The notes under the pieces are model-generated. The model was not told the origin of the DNA and ran no database searches. It was given only the letters and a program-made list of their open reading frames with translations. This document shows, piece by piece, positions 10,383 through 21,496 of a stretch of 64,000 bases of DNA. The stretch is from a virus, in IMG/VR virus record IMGVR_UViG_3300028840_006907, positions 352,001-416,000 of that record; one strand, given 5' to 3'. Positions within the stretch are counted from its first letter, which is position 1, and each line of letters opens with the position of its first letter. The position numbers and the translations under genes were made by a program.

Positions 10383-12431
10383 ATGGCAGCATTTATGTTC
10401 AGACTTTGTGTACCTTACACACAAGTTCCAGGTGCAAATAAAACTAATTTCCCAGTACTTTTTAATGAGAGTATATCTGCAATTCCTGCCGGATTTTGGC
10501 CTAATATTTCTGATTCTTGTGCTTTAGATGTCCGGTTTTATTCAGATCCATTAAAAACTGTTGAATATAAAAGAACGATTGAAGAATATACTCCTTCAAC
10601 TTCTATTCGGGCATGGGTACAAGTTCCTACTTTATATGGGTCTGATAGTAGCACTAATAATAATATCTTTTGTGAAGTAGGTTCTGGTACTACAGCAAGT
10701 GATAATTCTATCTGGACAGATTTAGAAGCACAAAATATTCAGCATTTTGAAGATGATGTTTTAGATGATTCAACTAATGCAAATAATGGAACTTTAGTAA
10801 ATAGCCCTACTTATACTACAGGGAAACTTGGTAGAGCTTTAGAATTTGATAAAGATTCTACTCAATATGTAGTCTTAGATAATAATATCATGTTTAATGA
10901 TGATATTGTTGCGGAAGCTTGGGTTTATTTAAATTCTTATCCAGTCCATGTCCCAAATCCTAATTTTGAATATGCCACAATTGCCTCAAGAGGTACATAT
11001 TGCGTTAATTGGTATAGGGGTAGATCTCAATTTATCTTTGCAATAGATTCAACTGGACATCCATTTTTTCAATTAAATTATTCTACAGGATGTACTGCAG
11101 GATCTCGAACTAATTCTTATACTTCAGATGCAATAGTCCCTTTATCAACATGGACTCATGTAGCGGTTGTCTCTCAAGATAATACTTCGTTTTCAAGACA
11201 AGTAGATTTTTATGTTAATGGAGAAAAAAGAACTGATGCATCAAATGTTTTAATAGCTTTGACTTTTGATACTGTTACTAATCATCAAACACAAATTGGT
11301 GCAACATTTGAAGAGTGGGGTGGAGGAGGTCCTAGCCAAAGATGGCCTTTTGATGGTCGTATTGATGAATTGAGGATATATAGACAGAATCCATTGTTAT
11401 TTGATGATGGATGGATGCAAGCCACTTATAATTCTCAAAATGATCCTGATACTTTTTTTACTTGTGGTACTACACCCTTTTATGTTTTCTCAGATAGAAT
11501 TGCACAAGATGGTTTTAATCCTCCTGCTGATTCTACTTGGTTAGCTACATTTGGTGAATGGAATATCGGGGAGGAACCTCCATATATAATTACAGATCCT
11601 CGATATTGGGTTGCTCTATCGGATTCCACATGGAATGATACCGCTAATTGGTCGTATTTTTCTGGAGGTCCAGGAGGAGCACCAGTTCCTATTTCCAATA
11701 ATACTGTTGTATTTGATAATGGTGGAATAGGTAGATGTGATATAGATACTTCGGTTGATGTAAATGGATTTTATTGTTCAGGTTATGGAAACACTATCAG
11801 TCAAAATGGTTTTCCCATTTCAGTGGATTCATGTGGGGCTCTGTTTTGGTCTGGAGTTTTTGAAGGTAGTGGAGATGATATTAGGATAGCAGGAAATCTT
11901 TATATAGGAGGAGCTGCTAATTTTACCAGTACTGACCAAACTCTTTCTTGCGACTCTACATTTACTTATTATCCTACTGCATTTTTCGAACATAATAGTG
12001 GTATTATATCTCTTGATAATAGTGGTTGTATGATCGAAGCTCCTAGTATGAGAGCATCTACTTTACAATTTAATGCGGACCAAGCCCGTGTCAGTCAGAG
12101 CATGGATGTGAACGATCTATTGGTTTTAAATAGTGGAAGTGCCCGTCATCTTGGTGTGGGTGCCTCTATTAATTTAAAAGGAGATGCATCTTGTAGATCT
12201 GGTTATAATCAGTGGAATAATTTTAATAATTTAACGATATATTTAGATGGGACAGAACAACAGCAAATTAAAAATGAAATAGGTTGTATAGTTCCAACAC
12301 TTTATGTAAATAAAAATGTCACTGAACAAGTTGTATGTGATGGTGGTAGCCCTTTGAGAGTAAAAGGGGATTTTTGGGTTCTTGATGGGACCTTTAATAT
12401 GAATGGATTAAATGTACAAGTAGGGCTTTAA
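10383..12431 (+). CDS. DUF2341-like + LamG-like fibre/adhesin protein (682 aa)
   Basis: N-terminus MAAFMFRLCV...NFPVLFNES...DVRFYSD...VEYKRTIEE...WVQVPTL paralogous to 4009 and 12801; LamG motif FDGRIDELRIYRQ. Confidence 0.8.
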   Translation: MAAFMFRLCVPYTQVPGANKTNFPVLFNESISAIPAGFWPNISDSCALDVRFYSDPLKTVEYKRTIEEYTPSTSIRAWVQVPTLYGSDSSTNNNIFCEVGSGTTASDNSIWTDLEAQNIQHFEDDVLDDSTNANNGTLVNSPTYTTGKLGRALEFDKDSTQYVVLDNNIMFNDDIVAEAWVYLNSYPVHVPNPNFEYATIASRGTYCVNWYRGRSQFIFAIDSTGHPFFQLNYSTGCTAGSRTNSYTSDAIVPLSTWTHVAVVSQDNTSFSRQVDFYVNGEKRTDASNVLIALTFDTVTNHQTQIGATFEEWGGGGPSQRWPFDGRIDELRIYRQNPLLFDDGWMQATYNSQNDPDTFFTCGTTPFYVFSDRIAQDGFNPPADSTWLATFGEWNIGEEPPYIITDPRYWVALSDSTWNDTANWSYFSGGPGGAPVPISNNTVVFDNGGIGRCDIDTSVDVNGFYCSGYGNTISQNGFPISVDSCGALFWSGVFEGSGDDIRIAGNLYIGGAANFTSTDQTLSCDSTFTYYPTAFFEHNSGIISLDNSGCMIEAPSMRASTLQFNADQARVSQSMDVNDLLVLNSGSARHLGVGASINLKGDASCRSGYNQWNNFNNLTIYLDGTEQQQIKNEIGCIVPTLYVNKNVTEQVVCDGGSPLRVKGDFWVLDGTFNMNGLNVQVGL

Positions 12432-12432
12432 T

Positions 12433-12780
12433 ATGAGTACAACATATATAAACGGTCATCTTCTTTTAGATGGGGATCTCTCTTGTGATGGTGATATCAC
12501 AGTGAGTCCTGCTGGAATTGTCAATCCAATTCCTGATCCGGATTTAATGAAAACATTCTTTTCATATCAATCTAATTCTTATATCACGGCAAATGGGAAG
12601 AGTAGAACTATGACCTCAACTACGGGAGATATTATTGTAAATGGGCTAATTGATGGGGAAGGATTTGGTTTTGAGTCTGACAGAGGTCCTGGAGCGAATA
12701 GTGCCTTAAAGGATTCTTCAGGAAATTTATTACCTGGATTCGGGGCTTCACATGCAAATCTTGGCGCTTTAAGAACATAA
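12433..12780 (+). CDS. Hypothetical Gly/Asp-rich small protein
   Basis: 115-aa ORF starting 2 nt after the previous stop. Confidence 0.5.
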   Translation: MSTTYINGHLLLDGDLSCDGDITVSPAGIVNPIPDPDLMKTFFSYQSNSYITANGKSRTMTSTTGDIIVNGLIDGEGFGFESDRGPGANSALKDSSGNLLPGFGASHANLGALRT

Positions 12781-12800
12781 CTAAAAGGTGGATCTAATCT

Positions 12801-15800
12801 ATGGCTTTTATGTTTAGACTAACAGTTGACAAGGATATGGTCGCCGGAACGGATAAGAGTAATTATCCTTTACTTGTTGATGACCGAGTAGCTAATTTTC
12901 CATCTTCATTCTTTTCGAATGTTGTTGATGCTAGTGGTTTAGATATTAGATATTATTCTGATGCAGCAAAATCAGTAGAGTATAGTAGGGAAATAGTAAC
13001 AGTTGATACTACTGCTCAAACATTTGAATCTTGGGTTCAAATACCATTATTATCTGCTTCCAGTGATTCTACTTTTTATTGTGAAGTGGGGGATGCCACA
13101 TCAGCTAATGATTTTACTATTTGGGATTCTCAAAACCATTATCGTGTATTTCATTTACAAGATGCTTCTGATTCAGGAACTTTACACGATCCTTTAATTG
13201 TAAATAATGCCTCATCTGTATCGAGTAAAATACAGAAAGGTTATGATTTCAGTGGAACCACTCATCATTTACAATGTACTACTAATCCTGATTTTCAGCA
13301 AACATACCCATTTTATATTTCTTCTTGGGTAAACTTAAGATCTCTTATAGTATCGCCTACATTTATTGATAGTGTCTCGTGTATATTTAGTCGTGAAGTA
13401 ATTTGTCAGACGACACTTAGGAATTGGATAGCTTTCAATTTTGGTATTGATAGTTCTCAAAGACTGTCTTGGATGTGTGGAGAAAATCTTTCTGGATGTG
13501 TATTGCCCGGACAACATACTGATTGGTATACTTCTGATAATACGGTTTCATTAAATCAATGGATCCATGTAGGAGCATATATTGAAAATTTATATACAGC
13601 TACTCCAAATCGTGTCGTAAAGTTATTTGTTGATGGGAGTCAGATACCTTCTACAGAAGGTAATCTTGGAGATATTGTAAATTATCACAATACACATAAT
13701 CTAGCTCAATTATCAAGGATTGGTGCTGGGTACCGGCAAACAGGTATACCAATACAAAATTTTGATGGTATTATTGATGAAGTAAGAATAGTCAGTGATG
13801 CAACTATATATTCTAATGGTGACTGGCAACAAACGGAATTTAATAATCAAAATGATCCTTCAACTTATATCTTGGCACCTGATACTACGGGGGTCTATTT
13901 TATTAATGCCGCTGGATCAAGTACTTATCCCTACGATACTGAAGCAAAAGGAGCTGTTAATTTAAAAGATTTACTTGATAGTGTTTCTCTTAATGATGGT
14001 GATATAATAGAAGTCTCTGATGCAGGTGGTACAATAGATGACTCTGCTGCTAGTCCGGGTAATATAAATGCCTCAGTAACAATTAGGTCTTATTCTGGAA
14101 ATACAGGTAATCCAACTTTTAAAGTTCGTGATAGTAGTTATTTATTTTTATTTAATGGTGTGACAGTAGATGGCGTTTATATTCAAAACATAGATATGTA
14201 TAAAGCCGGAACTGGTTCTACCTCTATCGCTTTCATTTGGTTTTTAACTTGTGATATATCAAATTTTGAAGTAACTAATTGTAACTTCTCAATAACCGGA
14301 ACTGCTGGCTCGGTAGCTGCTGTGGAATTAGACACTTCTGATCTTCATGGAACTTCCAGGTTTGAATATAATACAATAACTAAGATGAGTGCTGGACTAT
14401 ATATCAGAGACAATTGTTCTGTCTTTGAAGATTTTAGTGCTTCTTATAATACGTATAATGATATTAGTTATGGTAGTATTAAAGCTTTTCTTCTTGTCGG
14501 AACTCTAAGTACTATACAAAGAATTGTTGTTGATAATAATTATGGTACTGATAGTGGACTAACTTTTGTCTTTATGGCAGGTACTGCAGGTCAAACCTGT
14601 GATGACATTAAAATAAGAAATAATGTTATTAACTCAATGGATTCATTTCATTTTAATACCATAAATTTAGCTGCTCCTACTTTGACGAATTCAAGTGTTG
14701 TTAATAATTCATTATTTCAAGCTGGGGGTATATTTGTAAATAATGCTGATGCTAATCTAGTTGTAGCTAATAATACTCTAAGTCGAGGCTCGGAATCTTG
14801 GTTCATTTATGCTATTCAAGTTACTGCTGCAGCAGGAGCTTCTTTCAATAACAATAATATTTATGGTTATACAAACCCATATTTTGTAAGTGGTGGCATT
14901 ACATATGGTACAAGTAATACACAATTGGATCCTCTTTATGATAGCACTTCTAATCTCCATCTCCAAGCTGGAAGTCCTTGTATAAAAACCGGTGCAAGTT
15001 ACGGAGTCTATTCTTCAGTACCTACAACAGGTTATGATGGTACTGCCCGACAGAGTCTTGTCTGTGATATTGGTGCTTATGAAACTACTCCTAATACTTA
15101 TTTTGTAAATAATGGTGGATCTGCTACATATCCTTTTGATACTGAAATAAAAGGTGCTGTTAATTTCAATCAATTACTTGGTGTTATAACTTTATCAAAT
15201 TGGGATACAGTTGAAGTAAGTAATGCTGGTGGTACAATTGATGATTCGACTGCTTTTCCTAATTTTATTAATGCTGCGGTAACAATTAGATCATATGCTA
15301 ATAATACAGCCAAACCTGTTATTCATGTAAAGAATACTGGAGCTTCAAGAGAGAGCCAGTTTCGTTGGGACAACTATCCTACTGTTTATTCATCAGATGC
15401 TGTAACAATACAAAATTTACAATTATATAAATCAGGTCCAAGTCCAAGTCAGCCCTTTATAAACGCCCGAACATGGGATTTCGATACTTTAGAAGTTACT
15501 GGATGTGATTTTTCAGTGACTGATCCAACTGGTGCTGTAAGTGCTGTACAAGGAGTTTATCTTGATGATTGTAATATCAATCAGAGTTTTACTTATCAGG
15601 ATAGTGACTCTTCCGGTGTAGACGGTGCCCTTTGGATTACTGATACTACTACTAAAACTATACAGGGTGTAAATATATCAGATCATATTTTTGAAGGGAA
15701 ATATTTATTTGTTTATATACAACCCGATACTCTTTCTGATGCTACTATTGAAACTAATGATGTAGGAGGATCAATTTTATGTGCTGGAACTTCTATAAAT

Positions 15801-18800
15801 AGTAGTGTAGCTATTAGGAATAATGTCGTTCGAAGTGTTTCAAGTTTGGCACCTTTAGGAATTTATACCACTGGAGCTGGTCAGAGTGTTGTAAATAATA
15901 CGATCAGAAATATCCCAGTTGGTGGTTATGGTATAAGATATCTTAGTGGTGGTGCAAATAGTTATGTTCTCAATAATATCGTTTATAGAGATGATACTGT
16001 GGGAGCTGCCACTGGAATCGAAACTTCATTTACAGCCGGTGTCATTGATTATAACAATGTTTATAATTTTGGCACACCTTATGTTTCTGGAGCAGTCACT
16101 CCAGGACCAAATAGTATTCAAGTTGATCCAATTTTTATTAGTTCTACAAATCTCCGTTTACAAAGTAATAGTCCTTGTATAAGAACTGGTATAGGTAGTG
16201 GGACTTATTCTGTAGTTCCATCGGTTGGATATGATGGTAATCCAAGATCTTCTGCTACTGTTGATATGGGAGCTTATGAATCTCTTTTACCCTCTGGACT
16301 TTTTCCTCCTCCCCTACCTATTTACGGTAATTATGAAACACCTGTTTCCTTAGGAAGTGGATCAGGTTATTACCACAAGCCTGCTGATTATTTAGGGCAG
16401 GAAACTAAAGGTGGTGGAGCTATTAAATTAGTGGCAAATTCAGGTAATGTTAGTATTAATGGTAGAATCAGAATGGATGGTCAGGATGGGACTATGACCG
16501 GGGGTGCCGCTGGAGGAAGTGTCTGGCTTATTGGTTGGAGAATAGATGGGACTGGAACAATAAGCGCAGATGGTGGAAGGACTCAATTGGTAAGTAATTC
16601 CGGTGGTGGAAGTGGTGGCTATATTTCAATGTGGCATCATAAAACTATAACTTATGATGGAACTGCAACTGTTGATGGTTATGATGGTGCCGGAGATGGA
16701 AAGATATTTATAAAAGAAATTGAGCCCATTTTAGAAGAGCCTTTTACAGGTGATATTTTAAATATAAAATGGTGGGATACTACGAATTCTGTAACCATAG
16801 ATAATGAACTCACTTTTGATTCACCAAATGATAATTATAATTTCCCGGAGACTTTATCGGAATTTAATATTTCAGGAAAAGAAATAAATGTTGAAGCAGA
16901 TTATACTTCACTCACTCCAGACTCATCTCAGAATACGGCAGCATTTCTATTGTGGGTCGATGATTTAAATTGGGCAGGAGTGGCACGGAAATTTAATGGC
17001 TTTTTTGGAATATCCTCTATAAATGGGGCTGTCTCTGTTTCAGGAGTGCCTTTTGATAATACGAATGTAACTTTCCGTATTCTTAAAAATGATAGTACTT
17101 TTACATATCAATTTTGGGATGCCACATCAACTCCTCAAACTATTTATATGGATTATCTGCCAGAATTGGCAAATAGTGTATTTAAAGTGAAGTTAACAGT
17201 TGATAAACCTCCACTGGGTGATTCACTACGTACAAGATATCAAAGATTAACTGCATTTGATATTTCAAATCAATATCTTTATATGGATGGGATTCCTATA
17301 GATCAATCAGCCGTTGCTATGAATTCTATTACTGGTACATCTCATTACTATGGAGAAGATTTTTATGTAGATAATTATCTTTTGAAATGGGATTATACAG
17401 CTTCTAATTTTGCTTCCCTTGCAGCGTGGGGTGATGTTGTCAGATATCAATATGAATATAATGCTCCGCCAACAAATGAGGTTACTGTAGCTTTCGATAA
17501 TGTAAGAGTATATGAAGGAGTTTTAAGTAATGCAGAAACAACTGAACCGGTTATCTATGTTGATCCTAATTATGGCTCAGATACCTGTTCTGGAAGACAG
17601 CTTGATCCTTTGAAAAATTTATTTGTAGCCACGGCTTGGGCTAAAAAAGGAAGTACAGTTGTATTGTATGATGGAACTCATAATCCTACTAAAGTATCCC
17701 GCAAAGACCTGACCATACGAGGAGCTGAAGGAAGTATTGCTGGAATTACTTCGAAAAATGTCCAGGATTCAACAGGTTCTAATTGGGAAAGAGATGCTCT
17801 TTCATTTTATGGCAGTCAAGGTATCGTAGAAAATGTGCATATTTTTGATAGTAGTAGAGGTATTGTAGTTGAGAATGGTAATTATGAAATATCTCGAAAC
17901 ACAATTACAGATACAAGTAATGCTGTAACCTTCGTCAAATGTGATCCTAGAATTATCCGAAATAAAATTTTGGATGTAGATTTTGGTCTTGATTTTACAT
18001 CTTGTCGAATTGCTCCTTATGCTTATGCTAATATTATATCAAATGCAGATGTAGCAGTTCGAGCTAATTTAACAACTGATATGACTTTTTCATGTAATAC
18101 TTTTGACAATGATCAGACCCATTTCTTGATTGATTCAAGTTCATCAATTATTATGTCGTCAAATAATTTGACATATAGTGTTATGCCAGTCATTGTTTCA
18201 ACAGATTCATGGTTTGGTTCTTATTATAATAACTTTTATCCTAATACGACACAATATAATAGGACCCCAGATGATGCTACTAACAATATTGTTGCAAATC
18301 CTTTATACTATGACCGAATTGGAAAGGATTTCCATTTAAATACTGGATCTCCTAATATAGGAACAGGGTCACTTACATATAATGATTATCTCTATGATTT
18401 TGATGGGGCTGATATTCGTAGTGCTGAAATAGGAGCATACCAATATATTGACAGTACTAAAATAACAAGTGACTATTATGTATCAAGTCATGGTAATGAT
18501 TATTGGAATTTCGGAAGACAGACTGACCCATTCCGGACTTTAGATAGAGCTATGGTAGATGCTGATTCTACTGTCCGTATTGATGGTGGTCATTATGATT
18601 CATTCTATCTTAATCTGAGATCACAGGATATACATTTAAATCAACTCTATATTTATTTAGGACCGGAACAACAATTTGTCTCATATATCACTTTAGATGC
18701 AGAAGATGCTTCAAATAAATATGTTCCTTTGCCAAGTTTTGTTGCACCAGATGATGCTTCCCATGTAGCTATGAATATCATAGGAAGTTCGGCACAAATT

Positions 18801-20126
18801 CAGGGAGAGGATTACATAGTAGAATGGGGTCATCTTGTATGGGATACTTATGATCTTGATGGTTTCCTTTCAGCGGGAGATACTTTAAGAGTAATTTTCT
18901 ACGGTCCTTTACAAAAGAAAGCATTAAATAATTTTGTTCTTCATGGGCATTATAGTAACTATAACCAGAATCAGGCAATTTTTGTATCACCGAGTGGAAG
19001 TGATAGCACTGATCTGGGAGGGGACGGGACCAATACAGGTGGAACTGGATCAAGAGATTTACCATACAGAACTATTAGTATGGCTCTGTCTCAATCAAAT
19101 TCGGGTGATAACATTGTAGCTATGGCTGGAGAGTATCCAGTATTTGATGGCCTTCAGGATCGGGTAATCGTTCCTGCCTTTGACCGGACCGCTGCAGTCA
19201 ATAGTTCAAAAAGGGTTTATGAGGATTTCTTTGCACAAAAAGATTTTAGAGCTTATGGTACAACTGAATATGATCCAACACCATGGGAATTTGATTATAC
19301 AGGAAATTCAGAAGTATTCGCAGGAGGAGGATTCTTAAACTTTACCTATGACGGATCGAACAGTGCTACAGCCACATCGACTTTTCAATTTACCAGTGAT
19401 TTTGAAGTAAGGGCTAATTTAAGAAATGCTGTGGATCCAATAACTCTTAGAGTAACTTCACCTGATACAACAGCCTTTATTAGTTATAACGAATCACAGT
19501 TTACTGCTGGTGTTATAAATACTGATAGTACAGTTATATGTAGTGCTGTGGCACATAGTGGTGATACTACTGAATCAGATGTTTTTGTTGTAGAATATAT
19601 TCCTGTAACATCGGATCATACTCGAAATAAATATGCCGAATTATCATATATTCCAGAGGGATCTGATTGTACCAATTTAGCTCTTAATGTTGTTGGGGGT
19701 AATACGCAGGATTTCGGTGAAGATTTCTATGTCCAAGATTCTAAAATTAAATGGGATGGTATGACAATGGATGGTGAAATAGAACCAGGTGAAGTTTTAA
19801 GAGCTGTTTACTTGGATCGACCTTTATCATTGGCTGTTACTGCTTCCATCACTCTTGAGAATGGTCTCTTTACTCTAAAGGCTTATGATGGTACTTGGAA
19901 TACTTTAATGAATAGAAGTTTGGTAGGAGATTATACCGGTAACTGGAATGTATCATTTACAATGGATACACCTAACGAAGAATTTAGTCATAATTGCATT
20001 TATGGTAAAGGATATGCGTCTCAATTCTTGGCAATAGCTGATTCTTTTGAGAATATTCAAGGTTTAGATAAGCCTTTGGCTGTCTCAACTGAGAGACGTA
20101 ATTTAGTTATATATGAAGAGAGGTAA
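12801..20126 (+). CDS. Giant fibre protein (2441 aa): DUF2341/LamG-like N-terminus plus three right-handed beta-helix-type modules
   Basis: N-terminus MAFMFRLTVD...NYPLLVDD...DIRYYSD...VEYSREIV; LamG motif FDGIIDEVRIVSD. Three modules end in the cap motif L(H/R)L..(G/N)SP.I..G..........D..G..R......(D/E)(I/M)GAY(E/Q), the first two being a large internal duplication. Confidence 0.8.
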   Translation: MAFMFRLTVDKDMVAGTDKSNYPLLVDDRVANFPSSFFSNVVDASGLDIRYYSDAAKSVEYSREIVTVDTTAQTFESWVQIPLLSASSDSTFYCEVGDATSANDFTIWDSQNHYRVFHLQDASDSGTLHDPLIVNNASSVSSKIQKGYDFSGTTHHLQCTTNPDFQQTYPFYISSWVNLRSLIVSPTFIDSVSCIFSREVICQTTLRNWIAFNFGIDSSQRLSWMCGENLSGCVLPGQHTDWYTSDNTVSLNQWIHVGAYIENLYTATPNRVVKLFVDGSQIPSTEGNLGDIVNYHNTHNLAQLSRIGAGYRQTGIPIQNFDGIIDEVRIVSDATIYSNGDWQQTEFNNQNDPSTYILAPDTTGVYFINAAGSSTYPYDTEAKGAVNLKDLLDSVSLNDGDIIEVSDAGGTIDDSAASPGNINASVTIRSYSGNTGNPTFKVRDSSYLFLFNGVTVDGVYIQNIDMYKAGTGSTSIAFIWFLTCDISNFEVTNCNFSITGTAGSVAAVELDTSDLHGTSRFEYNTITKMSAGLYIRDNCSVFEDFSASYNTYNDISYGSIKAFLLVGTLSTIQRIVVDNNYGTDSGLTFVFMAGTAGQTCDDIKIRNNVINSMDSFHFNTINLAAPTLTNSSVVNNSLFQAGGIFVNNADANLVVANNTLSRGSESWFIYAIQVTAAAGASFNNNNIYGYTNPYFVSGGITYGTSNTQLDPLYDSTSNLHLQAGSPCIKTGASYGVYSSVPTTGYDGTARQSLVCDIGAYETTPNTYFVNNGGSATYPFDTEIKGAVNFNQLLGVITLSNWDTVEVSNAGGTIDDSTAFPNFINAAVTIRSYANNTAKPVIHVKNTGASRESQFRWDNYPTVYSSDAVTIQNLQLYKSGPSPSQPFINARTWDFDTLEVTGCDFSVTDPTGAVSAVQGVYLDDCNINQSFTYQDSDSSGVDGALWITDTTTKTIQGVNISDHIFEGKYLFVYIQPDTLSDATIETNDVGGSILCAGTSINSSVAIRNNVVRSVSSLAPLGIYTTGAGQSVVNNTIRNIPVGGYGIRYLSGGANSYVLNNIVYRDDTVGAATGIETSFTAGVIDYNNVYNFGTPYVSGAVTPGPNSIQVDPIFISSTNLRLQSNSPCIRTGIGSGTYSVVPSVGYDGNPRSSATVDMGAYESLLPSGLFPPPLPIYGNYETPVSLGSGSGYYHKPADYLGQETKGGGAIKLVANSGNVSINGRIRMDGQDGTMTGGAAGGSVWLIGWRIDGTGTISADGGRTQLVSNSGGGSGGYISMWHHKTITYDGTATVDGYDGAGDGKIFIKEIEPILEEPFTGDILNIKWWDTTNSVTIDNELTFDSPNDNYNFPETLSEFNISGKEINVEADYTSLTPDSSQNTAAFLLWVDDLNWAGVARKFNGFFGISSINGAVSVSGVPFDNTNVTFRILKNDSTFTYQFWDATSTPQTIYMDYLPELANSVFKVKLTVDKPPLGDSLRTRYQRLTAFDISNQYLYMDGIPIDQSAVAMNSITGTSHYYGEDFYVDNYLLKWDYTASNFASLAAWGDVVRYQYEYNAPPTNEVTVAFDNVRVYEGVLSNAETTEPVIYVDPNYGSDTCSGRQLDPLKNLFVATAWAKKGSTVVLYDGTHNPTKVSRKDLTIRGAEGSIAGITSKNVQDSTGSNWERDALSFYGSQGIVENVHIFDSSRGIVVENGNYEISRNTITDTSNAVTFVKCDPRIIRNKILDVDFGLDFTSCRIAPYAYANIISNADVAVRANLTTDMTFSCNTFDNDQTHFLIDSSSSIIMSSNNLTYSVMPVIVSTDSWFGSYYNNFYPNTTQYNRTPDDATNNIVANPLYYDRIGKDFHLNTGSPNIGTGSLTYNDYLYDFDGADIRSAEIGAYQYIDSTKITSDYYVSSHGNDYWNFGRQTDPFRTLDRAMVDADSTVRIDGGHYDSFYLNLRSQDIHLNQLYIYLGPEQQFVSYITLDAEDASNKYVPLPSFVAPDDASHVAMNIIGSSAQIQGEDYIVEWGHLVWDTYDLDGFLSAGDTLRVIFYGPLQKKALNNFVLHGHYSNYNQNQAIFVSPSGSDSTDLGGDGTNTGGTGSRDLPYRTISMALSQSNSGDNIVAMAGEYPVFDGLQDRVIVPAFDRTAAVNSSKRVYEDFFAQKDFRAYGTTEYDPTPWEFDYTGNSEVFAGGGFLNFTYDGSNSATATSTFQFTSDFEVRANLRNAVDPITLRVTSPDTTAFISYNESQFTAGVINTDSTVICSAVAHSGDTTESDVFVVEYIPVTSDHTRNKYAELSYIPEGSDCTNLALNVVGGNTQDFGEDFYVQDSKIKWDGMTMDGEIEPGEVLRAVYLDRPLSLAVTASITLENGLFTLKAYDGTWNTLMNRSLVGDYTGNWNVSFTMDTPNEEFSHNCIYGKGYASQFLAIADSFENIQGLDKPLAVSTERRNLVIYEER

Positions 20127-20128
20127 TA

Positions 20129-21496
20129 GTGCCAGTATATCATTCAGGAAATTTAAGAGATACTGATAGGCCAGAATGGAATTATCCATTAAGACCTCAG
20201 GTTGCAGATTTAACAAAGCCTTTGGCTCCCCGAAATCTTATGGTAACAAGTCCTTATGATGTTGGAAAATTGGATATTCGTTGGGATAATCCTAATATTC
20301 TTCCACAAAATAGTGGATTAAATATTGTAGGATGTAATGTATACCGTTCTATTGATAGTCCTTTCAGATTTGTAAAAATTAATGAGACACCCGTTACCGT
20401 ACTTTTTTATCGTGATGAGACAAAAGAAACTTTGGTAACAAATGAAAATGCTACTCCTACAATACGTCATGATTTAGTTCCAGAAGAGAAATGGTCTGTA
20501 TGGGCTCAAAGAAGACCTATAGTAAGACCTGATTCAAATGGTGTTACAACTGATAGAGTTCAAGATATTTTACTTGAAATAGATAATGGTGATGGTACAT
20601 TTCTTGAAGTACCAGCTTTTTCTGTAAATGGAAAAACAGGTGAAATTGTACTTATAAGAACTCCTGTTTATAATTACGAAGTTAGCCAAATAGTTCCTCC
20701 ACGTTTACCATATCCACCTAATGGTCGCGTCAGAATTACATATAGATATTTAGAACATTCGGTAATTACTGTATTAAATCAAAGAATTTATTATAAAGTG
20801 ACAACAGTAGCAGTAGATCCGGATGATCCTGCTTCTTTTATTGAAACTCCGTTGGATGAGGTTTCATCACGTACTGCTTTTGATGTAGAATCGATTGATT
20901 ATATTTGGAGAGAAGGAATTTTACGTAATCGTTGGTTATTAGAGCAGAGCGGTGAAAGAGTGAAGATATTTATACGTAGATGGATGGGAGAAAAGTGTCC
21001 ATCTCATCAGACAAATTATGGACAAAGCTATAATGATTGTACTGATTGTTATGGTACTAATATTGTAGGTGGGTATGATGGTCCTTATGATGTGATAATA
21101 GCACCACCAGAGTCAGAGAAGATGATAGAATTAGCGGACATGGGACTTCATATTACTTACGATTGGGCAACTTGGATGGGTCCCTATCCGCTTCTAAATG
21201 AACGTGATGTTATTGTTCGTCAGAATAATGAGCGTTATGTTGTAGGTCCTGTGACTCCTCAGGGATCACGAGGATGTATTTATCAGCATCATTTTACTAT
21301 GAGCTATATTGACCAAGGAGATATTAGATATCAGATACCGATTGAAGGTGGGGAAACTAGTGTGCCTTCTTCATATGATCCTTATCGTGAAACTGCTCCG
21401 ACTGATGCAAGTCCAGCAATAAACGATAAGCCTGAAATTCCTGATGACAAGATCATTAGAGGCCGTACAGTAACCTTCGAAAATATTACCTATTAA
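20129..21496 (+). CDS. Hypothetical protein (455 aa), possible fibre-associated
   Basis: GTG start 3 nt after the stop of the 2441-aa gene with AGAGG upstream; no recognisable motifs. Confidence 0.6.
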   Translation: MPVYHSGNLRDTDRPEWNYPLRPQVADLTKPLAPRNLMVTSPYDVGKLDIRWDNPNILPQNSGLNIVGCNVYRSIDSPFRFVKINETPVTVLFYRDETKETLVTNENATPTIRHDLVPEEKWSVWAQRRPIVRPDSNGVTTDRVQDILLEIDNGDGTFLEVPAFSVNGKTGEIVLIRTPVYNYEVSQIVPPRLPYPPNGRVRITYRYLEHSVITVLNQRIYYKVTTVAVDPDDPASFIETPLDEVSSRTAFDVESIDYIWREGILRNRWLLEQSGERVKIFIRRWMGEKCPSHQTNYGQSYNDCTDCYGTNIVGGYDGPYDVIIAPPESEKMIELADMGLHITYDWATWMGPYPLLNERDVIVRQNNERYVVGPVTPQGSRGCIYQHHFTMSYIDQGDIRYQIPIEGGETSVPSSYDPYRETAPTDASPAINDKPEIPDDKIIRGRTVTFENITY

